From the human T2T-CHM13v2.0 reference genome, Homo sapiens, in the NCBI RefSeq assembly GCF_009914755.1, contig NC_060925.1: a DNA stretch of 64,000 bases. One strand, 5' to 3'. The position numbers and the translations under genes were made by a program. The notes under the pieces are model-generated. The model was not told the DNA's origin. It did no database searches and saw only the letters and a program-made list of their open reading frames with translations. Positions 27,920-43,556 of the stretch are shown in pieces. Position 1 is the first letter of the stretch; each line of letters opens with the position of its first letter.

Positions 27920-28380
27920 CTGGTGGGTCAATAAATAACAGAACATTTAGACATATCTGTATGAGGAGGGTTTAGAATTTCAGAAAGTCTACACTATGAA
28001 TGTGACATTTGAGTAAGGACCTGAAGGACGTGAAAGAAGGCTTGGGATAACTGAGGAAAGTGTTTCAGACAGAGGAAAGAACAGTGCTATTAGTGTGTGT
28101 TCAGTGTGTTCCAGGAACAGAAAAAAACCCAATGTGGTTGGAGTGGATTGGTGGGAGAAAAGCACGTGAGTAAGTCAGAGGTTATGGGAGGACAGATCGT
28201 GTAAGGCCTACAGGCATTGTAAGGAGTTTGGCTTTTACTGAGAGAAATGAGAAGACATTGGAAGGTTTTAAGAGCAGTGCCATAATCTGACTCACATTTT
28301 AACAGGATTGCTTTGGCATCTATGTTACAGAAAATAAGCTGTGGGAGTAGGGGATAAGGTAGAAGCAGGGAGAGCAATTA

Positions 28381-28935
<555 letters not shown>

Positions 28936-30363
28936 TCAGAAGTAATTTTTTCTTAAAAACTTTTTTATTTAAAAATTTTAATAAACCAAGCTGTCTTAAA
29001 AGAAAATTGACTGTAATTTATATGAATTGACTGTAGATATGAAATATAGTGATGTTCATTAATAATGATCTTTTTTCTTTGGCAAAAGCCTGCTTCAAAA
29101 GCAGTTATTTTCTTACCCATCCGGCCAAGCAAAGGAAACACTTAACTGACCTTTTCAACAATTCGTTTCTCCTTCCATTCAACACAAAGTGATACCTCCA
29201 GCATTCCTACTGGTCAGGATTTCACAGAATGTTTCTACCACCTACTGTTATCTTTGGTTTAAAGACTGCAATTACCAGATTTAGAAAAATATCTTTGCAT
29301 CCACGGTAAAAATGAAATTTCAACGACAATCTTTACAACTTGTAAAAACCAAAGAAATTTTCCCCAATAAAAAATTATGTTACCTAGATAATTATTATGC
29401 ATTTACCTAAGTTATTACTTACTACTATTCAATTGAGATTCTTGAAGCTCCTAGGATGTATGAATAGCTATGGACAACGGGGTTGATGCTATGGGCATCA
29501 TTTTAAATAAATACGTAAATAGGTTAAGAATTAGTAAAAGACTGCAGAGAATGTAAGTTGCACAACTGTTCTGAAGGGCAATTTGGCAATACTGCATACC
29601 AAAAGCCTTAAAAAAAAGTGCATTCTTTGATCCAGTAATTCACTGCTAGCAATTTACTCAAAGAGAACAATTAAAAATTTACCAAAAAATATTGATTTCA
29701 GTGGTTTACAATAGGAAAAAAAAAGTCAGTCTAAATATATAACAAAAGATTAGTTATGTATACACTGCAGCTTATCCATATACAAGTGTTAAAAATGCTA
29801 TAAACTTATTGCGAAGGAAAGCTCATGTACATTGCATATAGCTGAAAAAGCACGTTATAAAATTTCATTCTTAAAAAAACAAAAGGGAACTCTGTAACAA
29901 TACAGCAAGGCCCCAAAGTAGTAACTGTTATCTCTGGGTGCTGGGACCACAAACCACTATCTTTTTAACCTTCTCATATGTCTGAGCTTTCTATAATAAG
30001 TATTTAGTATTTGTATGGTTTTAAAAAATCTTTAAAAAGCAATTACAATCTGTTTATTTTTGTAAAGGTTTAACTTATTTTTCAAACCTTTGCTCAAATT
30101 CAGCCTGAGTGGTCTCCTCTAAAAACACACACAAATGATTTCACTATCGTTTGAACTTACTGTATCTTACCATGCAGCATTATCATAACTACATTATAGG
30201 GCTATTTTTTCACGTGAAATTTTTACCTATCAAACTACATTATAAACTCTTCTATGTCAAAGATAGCAAACAGTTAAAATATTGATTTTTTTTTGCAACT
30301 GCAGAGGATTTTACTAAGAATAAGATATCAGCAGAGATCACTGTGTTGTAGTCTGCGACTCAC

Positions 30364-30436
30364 CTTCACTGCCTGACTCTTGGTGTTGATAGGGGGGTTC
30401 TTCAGAGCTGCCTGTAGGGCAGCTGTCATGTTTCCT
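30364..30436 (-). CDS. ARPC5: ARPC5 coding exon 2, 73 nt
   Basis: CCTTAAC branch site and AC acceptor; encodes (Q)[24 protein letters not shown]; donor AAG|GTGAGT. Confidence 0.96.
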
Positions 30437-32798
30437 GTGATGGAAGTTAAGGGTGTAACAGCAAAGGATGGCCCCCAGGAAAGCATTATAACCACTGGTT
30501 CTTATGACTTGATTTACATATAAAAAGAAAATTACTTTGGTCACTATGTTCAATACTGGAAATTCAATGTGTTGGTTTCCAGGATGTTAATCAAAGGCAA
30601 AATATCAAAAGCAAAATAGAACATTAGACTTTTTTTTAATAAAGCAAAGACTGTTTCACCCTTGGTTCTAACTATCAAGTGAACACCTTGATAGTCTTTC
30701 ATTTCCCAGTGAGATACATATGCAAACATTACCTAGAGTGGTGTTAAAGAAATCCTAAAATATATATCAGAATTATTAGTCCCCCAAATGAAATAACCTA
30801 TTATCAACCAAAATATGTCTTTTCCTGTGATTCTAATTGAAAAAATAAAGACCAAACTTTTGCTAGAACCATATTCTGTATTATCTGAAATGCTGGTAGA
30901 ACATGCTGGCAGATTAGCAATCTGAATGATACACATTAGCAATCTCTCAATATTGATGAAAAGAGGCATCACAGAAGATGTAATAATTCATATGTCCCTT
31001 AGGTGGCAGCTTAATTTTTTGCTTTAGATATTTTCTCTCATATTTCACAAAGGTTATTCAAACTGTGTTAGACCATACCTATTAAATTCAGGCTCTCTTT
31101 GAAAGCACTAGTGAGTTAGCAAGCATGAGAAACAGAAGGCCAATCAGACTGTCAGAATGTACAAACATTCCCCTAAAAGGAAAACCACAGAGTTCACTTG
31201 TTCCTCCAACTCTAGTACCCCACCACTAGGGCTGTCTTTCCTGGCTGTATGTAACGGTAAGAAGAGACAGTATCTTTATATTTTAAGATGAACTGATCAA
31301 AAAGCAGATCCACTGATATGGATACAGCAGTACCATTTAAAAGTCACCACAAATTACCTAAAATACACTGGGGTTTCATAAAACACCATCTATCCATCAC
31401 AAATAATGTTTTTAGGAAGCATGTTCACCATTTATTTTCTAAAGAAAAAGTTCTTACACAAAATCTCTGGTTGACAAGCTGTTATTTTCAAGGCTGCAGG
31501 GATTTCTAGAGAAGCATGCCTGATGTAGATTAGCTCATTTTTTATAACTCCAAGCACTTAAGTATTTAAATAATGCAAAAGAGCAACAGCTAATTAATTG
31601 TGAAAGTTGTGGCAAAGCACTATCTATATATTGATAAATGTCTAATGCTCTATTTAGGTGCCTTTAAAAAAGGATATTGTTGCCATTAAATATTTTCACT
31701 CTCATATTTCCCCACTATAACAGGACATTGTTGAGAGTCTTCCTTATGAATACACCCAAGAATTAGAAATGCATACAAATTCAGTGTCTGAGATTTTCTA
31801 AAACTACAGCTTCGGTTTTTTTGCAACATTTACATTTTTCTAAAAAAGATGTAATGCAAATGCGAAGCCAAAGTTATGAATATTCAAATATGCAAAAACA
31901 GAAACCGGGAACTGACTGCCATATTTTAACTAAAATGGAAACAATTTTAGGATTACAAAAATGATTCTGCTTTATACGAATGACTCATCTTCTATCTTAT
32001 TCATTGGGGTTTATTTTAAATATTTCCAAGGATTCTCCACACGCATTCCCCGTTGTTTTTTCTATTGTCCTTTTCTTAGCAGGTAAAAGGCTCCAAGCTT
32101 CCTTCTAGGAGTTTTGTATTTTTTGTATTCATTCCCCTCCCCCAGTTAACAAATTCTGTACAATGTATATTTTGCCAAATCCCCTTCTTCTTCTTCTTTT
32201 TTTTTTTTTTTTAAAAAGGCCAATGGGCTGAAAGCACAGGGACCCTCAATTTTCGAACAGTCCCATCTCCCCCCGCCCCCCGGTAAGGAATAAACTACCT
32301 TAACGCTACCAATAACAAAAACACAACAAAAAACAAAACCACTAAGGAAAGATGCAGGTTCCCCACAATCAGAAATTTCTGGAGCTAATGTGACCCCAGG
32401 AAATCAGAGTTCTAGGAAGAAAAACTAAGGCGCTCGGCACCAGCCTTCCCCACCAGCCGGGGCCGCCTTCCCCAGCGCCGCGAGGGCGCGGCCGGCGGGA
32501 CCAGTTCCCGAGGCAGGCAGGCACTCGGGTGCAACCTGAGGAATCTGGGGGCGTGGAAGGCGCGCGGGGGAGGGCAGGCTTCCAAGAGTGGGACCCTCGC
32601 GTCTCCTGCCGACTGGGTAGGAAACGGGGGCTTCCCCCTTGCCCTCTCAGAGCGGGCGATCCCAAAGAGACAGGTTAAGCCGCAGGTTGAGAGGGCAGCT
32701 CCGCGCCGGTGCCCCGCGGATCCTGCAGGCTCCCGGGTCCCAGGAGAAGGGCGGGCTGGGCTGGGCTGGGGTGGGGAGGGCGGTGAATGCAAGGATAT
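30437..32798 (-). other. ARPC5: U12-type (minor spliceosome) AT-AC intron 1 of ARPC5
   Basis: 5' ATATCCTT (32798-32791), branch CCTTAAC (30452-30446), terminal AC (30438-30437); joining restores the ARPC5 frame. Confidence 0.95.
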
Positions 32799-32941
32799 TG
32801 CCGCAGGCAGGAGTCCACCTCGCCCTCGTCGGGCCCGGCCTGGCCGTCGCCCCCATCTTCTTCGTCCACGAACTTGTTCTCGTCATATTCATCCACGTCC
32901 ACCTTCCGGAAGCGGGCCGACGACACTGTGTTCTTCGACAT
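32799..32941 (-). CDS. ARPC5: ARPC5 (Arp2/3 complex subunit 5, p16-Arc) coding exon 1, 143 nt
   Basis: ATG at 32941 gives [47 protein letters not shown]; the exon ends CA|ATATCCTT (U12 donor). Confidence 0.97.
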
Positions 32942-33366
32942 CCCAATCCCGACCAGCGGCAAAGGCCTCTTCTTGGCGCTGCCTCTACCTCAGCAAGCCC
33001 AGCCCAGCAACCCACTACCCGGCGCCTGATTCACTTCCCTCTTCCGCTCTGAGGCGTCGCCGACTGCCGCGGCTCGGACCGTTCTGGGCCTGCGCGCTAG
33101 CCCCGTTTCTTCCTCCTCAGGTTCGCGCTCCCTTGGCGCCTCCCACGCTGCCCCTGCTCTTCCACGGAGAGCGCGCGCGAGGGAAGGAGCGCGCAGGACA
33201 CAGCGCGCAGGCGCGGGCTCTCCGCAGGCAAGGGGCGGGGCTGGGCGAAGGAGGCGGGGGCGAGAGGGAGGGCCAAAAGCTGGACCGCGGGCAGAGGTAA
33301 GAAGCGATTGGTCGTCCGATTGCGTCACGTGATTCTCGGTGGGGGGGTTCCCATAGAAACGCTTTT

Positions 33367-33783
33367 CTGCGGTCCAGTCTAGGGGGTCTCAGATTGGCGG
33401 GGATGGGCAGCAGCGGCAGGTGGCCTTGGCTTTTGCTGCAGCCGTCAACGACCTATCATCGGGGTCCTGCGTAAGGTCCGGCTGGCTGGGACTTGGCTGT
33501 GGGTGGGATGGACTGGCTGCCGGACCGAGTGCCCTGCAGTTGGTAGGAGTATGAGGCAGAGTGATGCACACCCGGGCGCCCAGCATCGTTCTAATTGCCG
33601 GAGACATTGCCTCAGACTGTGCGCTGCTAGAGGCTGCGTTCCTGAGCAGGAAGCCCGTTTCCTGGGATTGGAACTACCCTTCTTGGCCAGCGGGAAGTCC
33701 CCAAGGACGGAGTCGAAAGGTCAAATCTTATCTGTCAGTGCTGTGTGACAGCATCGCAACGGGATCTGCAGAACCTGAACTCG
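33367..33783 (+). other. RGL1: Probable non-coding first exon of RGL1 (distal promoter isoform); the rest of the window would be its intron 1
   Basis: Divergent from ARPC5 in the CpG island; candidate weak donor TCG|GTATCA at 33783/33784; identity and start rest on recalled locus organisation, as no RGL1 coding sequence is in the window. Confidence 0.55.
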
Positions 33784-36257
33784 GTATCAAATCTATTGGG
33801 AGGGAGGGGAACGTGTCCGGGCAGGCGCTGGGGTCGGGTGGCAAAACTGGGGTGAATTTGTAGAATTTGGGAAAGGGTCATTGACATCTTAAAATAGGTG
33901 GTCGTTTGGAGCAAGAATGCTCGAAAGGGGTGAGGGTAGGTTAGGCTCTCTAGTGCTGGGGGAAAACAAAATGTGGAAGGATTGGTGGAAACCAGACCTT
34001 TAAGATTTATATTATGATTTGAGATTTATATGATTCCATCTAGGCCAGATTTAAAAAAATATTTGACATCCCCATTTCTGGAATGTAGGAGATAAAGGCA
34101 CTAAGACGAAGGAAATGGTAGTTGTGCTGTGTGTATTACACTGAAGAACAAATATTTGCAGGATAAAATTAATTTGGACATTTGGCTGGACACTGCTCGG
34201 TATGGGTCCAGTTTAGTTGGACCTCGAGCAGAAGACTGGCTGTTGCCCTGTTGTGTACCACAATCTTTGGTTTCCAGTGCTGTGTTGAAAAGAGCACTAG
34301 GCTTAGAATCAGAAAACTCAGGCTTAAGTGTTGACTCTTCCACTCATAATGTTTGAACGAGACATGTCACTTAAAATTCTGTCTCAGATTCCTCATCACT
34401 GAAATGGAGCTAATAATGTGCACTTTACAAGATTGTTCTTAGGATTATATATCACGAAAGTGTTTCCAAGCTCTAAAATTCTACATAAATGTAAAATGCA
34501 TGTTGCTTGTACCATTGGTTTTGGGACTAGTCTTATAAATTTCTTAATGATATATGGTGTTTTATCTCCTTCCTAGAAGAGATGGAAAGATTCTGAAGGG
34601 CAGAAACAGTTTTTCTTTTGTATCTTCCTTCCATATGACAAAAAGCTAAGCATGCAGAAGGGACTCGATACATGCTTGATGAATGAATGAAATGTGAAAG
34701 ACCGTACAGTTTGAGAATCATACTGAGAATAATAAATCAGAAGAGGGAGAGAGATCTCAAAATTAAATATTTGTTGGATATATACATGTAAATACATATG
34801 TCCAGTCTTCTTTAAGTTCAAAAAAATACATATATAATGTGTGTATATTTATCTATGCAGTATATTATATATAAATAGAGAGTGGGAGAGAGACCTCGAG
34901 AATGGAATACATCCCTTTTTCTTGGGAAGAAGCAATGTGGTGTTTTTCTGTTCCCAATTAAACCACTCTTCTATAAGTATATCATTTAGGTGATAGAAGT
35001 AACATTGTTTAAATTAACATTCAAGTTATGAACACACACTGGTAAAAATTCTCTTAGGAATGCCTTAAGACAGCAAAGGAAAAATTTTTACCTGTTGGCA
35101 ATATTTATTTTAAAAAGCCATATACCAAAGTATAAAATCATTACTATGGTGAATGGCGTTATATAACTTAGAATAAAGATTTTACAATTTTTTTTCAGTT
35201 TCAGTCTTTGCTAACTTTAGTAGATGCTAATCAGTATACTTTAGCTGTTAAAGGTGATTGTACTTTTTCTTCTTTTAAATCAAGATTTTTCTTTGAAGAG
35301 AAAATCGAACATTAGAGGCACTATTGACAGCAAATGGAAACAGGGATTCAAGAGCTAATATATCTCTTCTCTTACATTTCTATTCTTTTGTATTGCCTTA
35401 TTTAGGAAATTTTTTATTTTCTTATTTGAGAACTATGAAAGAATCCCAGAGTAGAAATCAGCTTAAGGGAATAGTGAAAGAAATTTAAATAATCGATTGC
35501 TCAAGGGTATAATTATTTTGATTGCTCAGAATTTTGCTCTATATGTTTAATGTGTTAAATGTAATTAACTGCCAGCCAAATAATGCTTATTGCATTTAAG
35601 ATGTGAAAAATGTCCTTTTCTAATGCAGTATTTTTTATTGTCTCACAATGATCTAAGTGCCTAGTACATAATAGGTACTCAACGTGTTTCTAGTCAATGA
35701 TTTAATGATCTGACAAGTTAATTTTGGACGAACATTCAGAAATTGAGTATTTTTTAGTGGGCACATAAATTACTTCTCTACCTTATTAGGTAGTTAAATC
35801 TTTATAAAGCTTTAAGAGAAATTTTTGTGTGTATGTGGAGAAATCTGTCTTTAATTATCTTTTAATTAGAAAACTCATTATTTCACTTCCTTGCAAATTC
35901 TAAATTTTTAATGTTAATCATGATACTTAATTCATCTTAGGTAATATTATTTTCCTTATTTTAATTTTTCAAATGAGTGCTTACCCTGATATAAAAGATT
36001 TATAAGGTTTTAAGACATTTTACTTGTTGTGCAAATAACCTGGTTTGGTTCAATACTGAAGCAGGACCGAATCTGAATTTTCTCAAGGTTAATGCTGTAT
36101 ATGTAGTTCCTTATTTTCTGTGATGATGCAAACAGCCAAGGATCTTTTCAGTTAGAAGGGACTTTAGTAAGGCTATAATAGGTCTTTCTTTTCAGACATT
36201 TTAAACCAAGGATTCTAACATGTGCTTCTCTTCTCCAAACTTGCCACTAAATACTTA

Positions 36258-36615
<358 letters not shown>

Positions 36616-36953
36616 TTATTTTTATTATTTGAAATAGAAGTGCAAAATCAATGTTAATCAAATATGTAAAATGTATTATAAATATAAATAAGTGAATTTC
36701 AGTTCTGGTAAGGATGCTTTAATACCAGGGTTCTCTGGCAACATAATTACTGAAATATAAAAAGATGTTTAGCATGTTGTCCATAGACTATCTTATGATT
36801 TAATACTCCTATGAATATCTACATCAACTGGTTCTGTGTTAAACTTTAAAACATGAACCTTCAGAATTTCATTTTTTCTTTGTTTCAAGTTTTTCCTTTA
36901 CATAATTTTATGATTACACATTAAAGTGGAATAGATAGGGTGAACTCTCTACT

Positions 36954-37738
<785 letters not shown>

Positions 37739-38419
37739 TAAACCTTTATTTATATATTAGTACTTCAAAGATTAAAAAAAATTGTAAATCTCTTGCCTCA
37801 AGAAAAAGATTTAGTGCCAAAGAATAAGTCTTATTTTTAAAATATTGTGAATGAGACTTGTTTCATTTGATTTTTTTAATGGCTTATGATGATATAAAAT
37901 GAAAGCTATGGACTTTAAAACATATTTATCCTGTATTCTTTCTTAGCACTGGTGTCTTTTATTAATGCTAACAGTCGTTTTAAGGTTGCATCTCTTATCA
38001 CACTGTATAATATTTGAGGTAATGATAATTTACATCTTCTTTTCTAATATTTCTGTCACCTATTTTATCTTGTGTTTGCTAGAATTGTGAAAAGAGTGTT
38101 GAAAAATTGAGTGCTGGGCTCTTCTGCTTTGTTCCTATTTCAATTTCGTTGGTATTTCACCAGTTGACATTATATTGACTTTCGCTTTATGACTTTTAGA
38201 AATGACTGCTAAAATTATCAAATGCCTTTTATGGGGATCTAATGATAAAAATCATATAGTTTCTATCTTTGAATTTATGAGTGTAGTGAATATATATATT
38301 TTTCTACACTGAAACATTCCCACATTTCTAGAATAAACTCTATTTGGTTGTGAAATATTACCATTTTAATTACTTGCTGGATTTGATTAGTTTATATTTT
38401 GTTTATATGGTTTCAGAAT

Positions 38420-38858
38420 TTTTTTTAAATAATTGCCACAAGATCTCACTCTGTTGCCTAGGCTGGAGGGCAGTGGTATGATCTTGGCTTACTGCAGCCT
38501 CGACCTCCCAGGCTCAAGCCATCCTCCCACCTCAGCCTACCAAGTAGCTGAGACCACAGGAGTACGCCACTACCCCTAGCTAATTTTTGTATTTTTTGTA
38601 GAGATGGGGTTTTGCTCTATTGCCCAGGCTGGTCTTGAACTCCTGAGCACAAGCAATCTGCCAGCCTCGGCCTCTCACAGTGCTAGGATTATAGGTGTGA
38701 GGCACTGTGTGCTGCCTTTACAAACTTTGTTTTGTAGATACAGTGTCTCCCTATGTTGCCCAGGCTGGTCTTCAACTCCTGGCCTCAAGCGATTCTCCCT
38801 CCTTGGTCTCCCACATGATGAGATTACAGGCATGAGCCCCCCCCACCATACCTGGCCA
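38420..38858 (-). mobile_element. AluJ plus adjacent Alu monomer
   Basis: Diverged Alu followed by a further left-arm copy. Confidence 0.8.
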
Positions 38859-40054
38859 TAATTTCAGTTTTTAAGTAAGATTGGTCCATAGTTTTATTTA
38901 TTTGTGCTATCTTTATCCAGTTTTGATATTAGTGTTAGTCTAACTTTGTAAATGAATTTAGATTTCCACCTTTTTTTCTATGCTCTGCAATAGTTTAAAT
39001 GATGAAAAATTATCATGCTATTTGGTTTTTGAAAGTTAGAGTGTGCTGCAAAACCACCTGGGCTTGCTGATACTTTTAGAGGTAGATCTTTGATTATTCT
39101 TTTCTTCTATGATTATTGATTTGTTTGATTGTCTTTCTCTTCTTGAATCAATTTTAGAATTTATGGTTTTTAGAAAATCATGCATCTCATCTACATTGCC
39201 AATTTATTGGCAAGAAGTTGCACAAAATATTTTCTTATAATTATTTTAGTATCTTCCATGACCATGGACGTTTTTCTTTTCTCATTACCACTATTAACTC
39301 TTTAAGCAAAACATTGAAATCAACTTTTTCTTCCCCAACCTGATTATCACAAATTCTAGTAGCATATCTTAACTTCTTAAAGAAAATAAGAAGTCAACTA
39401 TCTAAGACTCATAGGTTTGATAAAATTTGAAAGATCCTGCAATCCTTATAATTTCCTACTGTTTGTCCTTATCCTGTTCATATTTTATTAGTAATAGCAA
39501 CCACTTAATACGTTTATTGTGTGTCAGACACTTGGTAAATAAACCCTTTACTTGCATTATTTAATTCCCAGAGTAGCTCTATAGCCTAGAAATTAGTGTT
39601 CCCATTTTATGAATGAGTAAACTAAAGCTCAGAGAGGTTATATAATTTGGCCAATGATATTCAATCAGCAAGTGGCAGAATGATGTGGGAACCGAGTATG
39701 TCAGATTCTGGGGTTTGTGCATTTAATCACCACTCTCTACTTTCGGTATCTTTTTCATTATTCCAAATTATAATACTTACTTTTTTCTAAAAATTAGTAT
39801 ATAACCAAGTATCAAAGGCCTAAATAAACCCATATAACAGCTTGAAATGCGCTGTAAATTATGAACCTAAAAAAACCTTGTTATTGTAATGATTTTTTAA
39901 AGGATATTTGTTTTTTAGATATTTCTGTGAACTTTCCTTACCTTATCTCTGTATTTTGAGACTAGACATAGAGCCTGATTTCTAATATTTAGTCTAACAG
40001 AAAAGATGTCACTTTTTTTGTATTTAGAGAGACCAGTAGGTGTCAACTAGTAAT

Positions 40055-41105
<1,051 letters not shown>

Positions 41106-41719
41106 ATTTGCACTTAATTTTAACTAAACAATGCAATAAAACAATGTTCTATTGCCTTGGGTCCCAGATTTAGTACATCCCTGAAAGTCAGGGACACCTA
41201 AGATAAGATAATCTTGGGATTTATGTTTGGCATGAGGTCCTGGGCGACAGGGGAGTGGGGGAGGGCCAAAGTTCTGGGATCTAGAACCTACTAAAGTTTT
41301 CCACCCTAGCCCACCCTGCCTACCTGGCTTCCATAGTTTAGAGGATGCCCATTGGTACTGTGGTTTGAGCAGAATGACAGAAAAGCTACAGGACAGGTCC
41401 TAAATAAATATGGATTCTTTCAGACTTTGTAGTGAATCTGCATTGTTATTATTTAGAGAAGCATTAAGGCATAATGATTAAGAACATGGATTCTGGAGCT
41501 TGACTTCTTGGGTTTAACGCTCAGCTCAGCCTTTTTTTACTACTTGGGCAGTTACTTAAATTATCTGTGCCACAATTTCCTTATATGTAAAGTAGTTATT
41601 ATAATAATATCTACCTCATAGGATTATTGGGAGGATTAAATGAATTAATACATGTAAGTGCTTAGAAAAATACTTGACATATAGCTCTCACTCAATGTTA
41701 GTAATAATGATAATATTAT

Positions 41720-41872
41720 TTTTTAGAAACAGGGTCTTGCTATGTTGCCCAGGCTGGAGTGTAGTGGTGTGATCATGGCTCGCTGCAGCCTCTACTTCCT
41801 GGGCTGAAGCAGTCCTCCTGCCTCAGCCTACCAAAGTACTGAGATTACAGGCAGTAGCCACCACGCCTGGCC
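41720..41872 (-). mobile_element. Alu monomer (FRAM-like)
   Basis: Single Alu arm; TSD-like AATAATATTATTTT. Confidence 0.75.
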
Positions 41873-43556
41873 GAATAATATTATTTTAAATTAGCATAGG
41901 TTATGATGTGGCTTTCCTTTTAAAATTTATTTTATTTTATTTTTTTAATTTTTAAATTTATTTATGTGGCTTTCCTTAAAAACCAATACGAAGAGTAAGA
42001 TTCCATTCTGTGAGTTAAACTTTTTGGATTGCTTATACTATGAATAAAAAAGATGTAACGGCAGTTTAAAGAAATAGGATTTGCTGTCCGATCAGCAGGA
42101 TTAGATTATAGCTTGATGAATTCTAATCTATTTAGTATTATATAAATTGGATTGTAGCTTGATGAAACATAGAAAACGGATTTCTAGTCACATAGAAAAT
42201 CGATGCTATGACAGGAGCTGGTCATAGAGGTTTGTGTTGTCTCTTGTTGCCTAGACCCTCCCAAACATTGTCCAGGAATGAGATGCCTTTGTGCATACCC
42301 CATCCACCACTTCATTCTAAGCAGATGTCAGTCACCACTACTAAAGCAGAATCTGATAGCACTAAACATTTGAGTCACATAATGGACTCCTCTAATCCAT
42401 AAGGCAACCTTATGATAATTTGGCTTGCTATGTAGCTTATCTACATGGAGAGGCTATGTAACCTGGATGACTTGAATATATGCTTGCATATCCAGTTATA
42501 AGTCTTACTAGAAATCAGTACATTAGTTTTTTGTCTTTACATGTCAATCTCAAGAGGTTTGTTAATCCAAACCTGCTTCTGATGAGTAAATCCATTCTCC
42601 CTGTACTTACTAAGTAGGTAGTTGAGCATATAAAGCTAAGACCCCCAAACCCTGGACCTTGGTAGATTCACCAAGATAATGTGTCCGTCTCTTCAGTCTC
42701 ATTGTTTTCTTGGGATATATCCCAGTGCCTTTTCCAGATCATCATATTACTAGCTACCTTAATTTACTTCTATTTTCTTTATTTCCATTAGTTCTATATG
42801 TGTGGTGGCAGAGATATTCTTCCATATCACCATTGCCAGTTGGCTGAAGAGGGGTGGAGCAACCCAATTTCTCTCTCTCAATCCCCGGCCAGCCTGATAT
42901 GACCAAGAATCACTGCGTAGTGAGCAAGGAAAGCTAATCACTGCACTGCAGGATCTCACTTTGTGGAACTATTGCTTTGCTATATGCCTTCTTATAGCAG
43001 ACGGAGCTGAAAGGAACCTTAAAGATGAACTAGCCCACATTTCTTGTTTTACAGATGAGGAAACAGATTACTTGCCTTGGACAGTATATCTTTATGCTCT
43101 TCTAACAGTCTTTTGTCTAAGGTTGGCCTGGACTTACGACCTGTGAGTAATCTTCTTTGTAGCCCTAGTCTTATCGAACCAGTACAAAAGTTTAACTGCC
43201 AAAGGCACTTTCTTTCCTATAGTTCTGACAACTTCTCCTTTTGTTATATACCACTGATATCCAGGTTCAGTTCATCATCTATTTCAGACCATGTTTCTAA
43301 TTGGATTCTCTGTAGCCTGGTTCATGTTGTAGTCTGCCATTTTCTGGCAACAAATTGGATCTATTTTAATAATGATCAGAGATGCTGGATTTGTCATGTT
43401 GGGATCTTTTTAACTCAGTATCCCAAATTGTGGACATAGGATTTCATGAAATAAAAATAAACCTCAACAGTACTTCTTTAAATAATACTCACTATATACC
43501 CAGAATAAAACTATATTCCAGTAATTCCATTAAAATTTGTATGCTAACAATAAAAC

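Larger units (their letters stand above)
32420..33850. promoter_or_regulatory. CpG island / bidirectional promoter ARPC5 (-) and RGL1 (+)
   Basis: Dense CpG; ETS-like CTTCC/CTTCCG (33032-33046), NRF1-like GCGCAGGCGC (33205-33214), GC box (33232-33240), inverted CCAAT (33306-33311, 33392-33397), E-box GTCACGTGAT (33324-33333). Confidence 0.9.

Noticed and set aside
32369-33863. Overlapping ORFs in the CpG island
   Set aside because: GC-rich stop-poor sequence; only the frame beginning at ATG 32941 matches ARPC5
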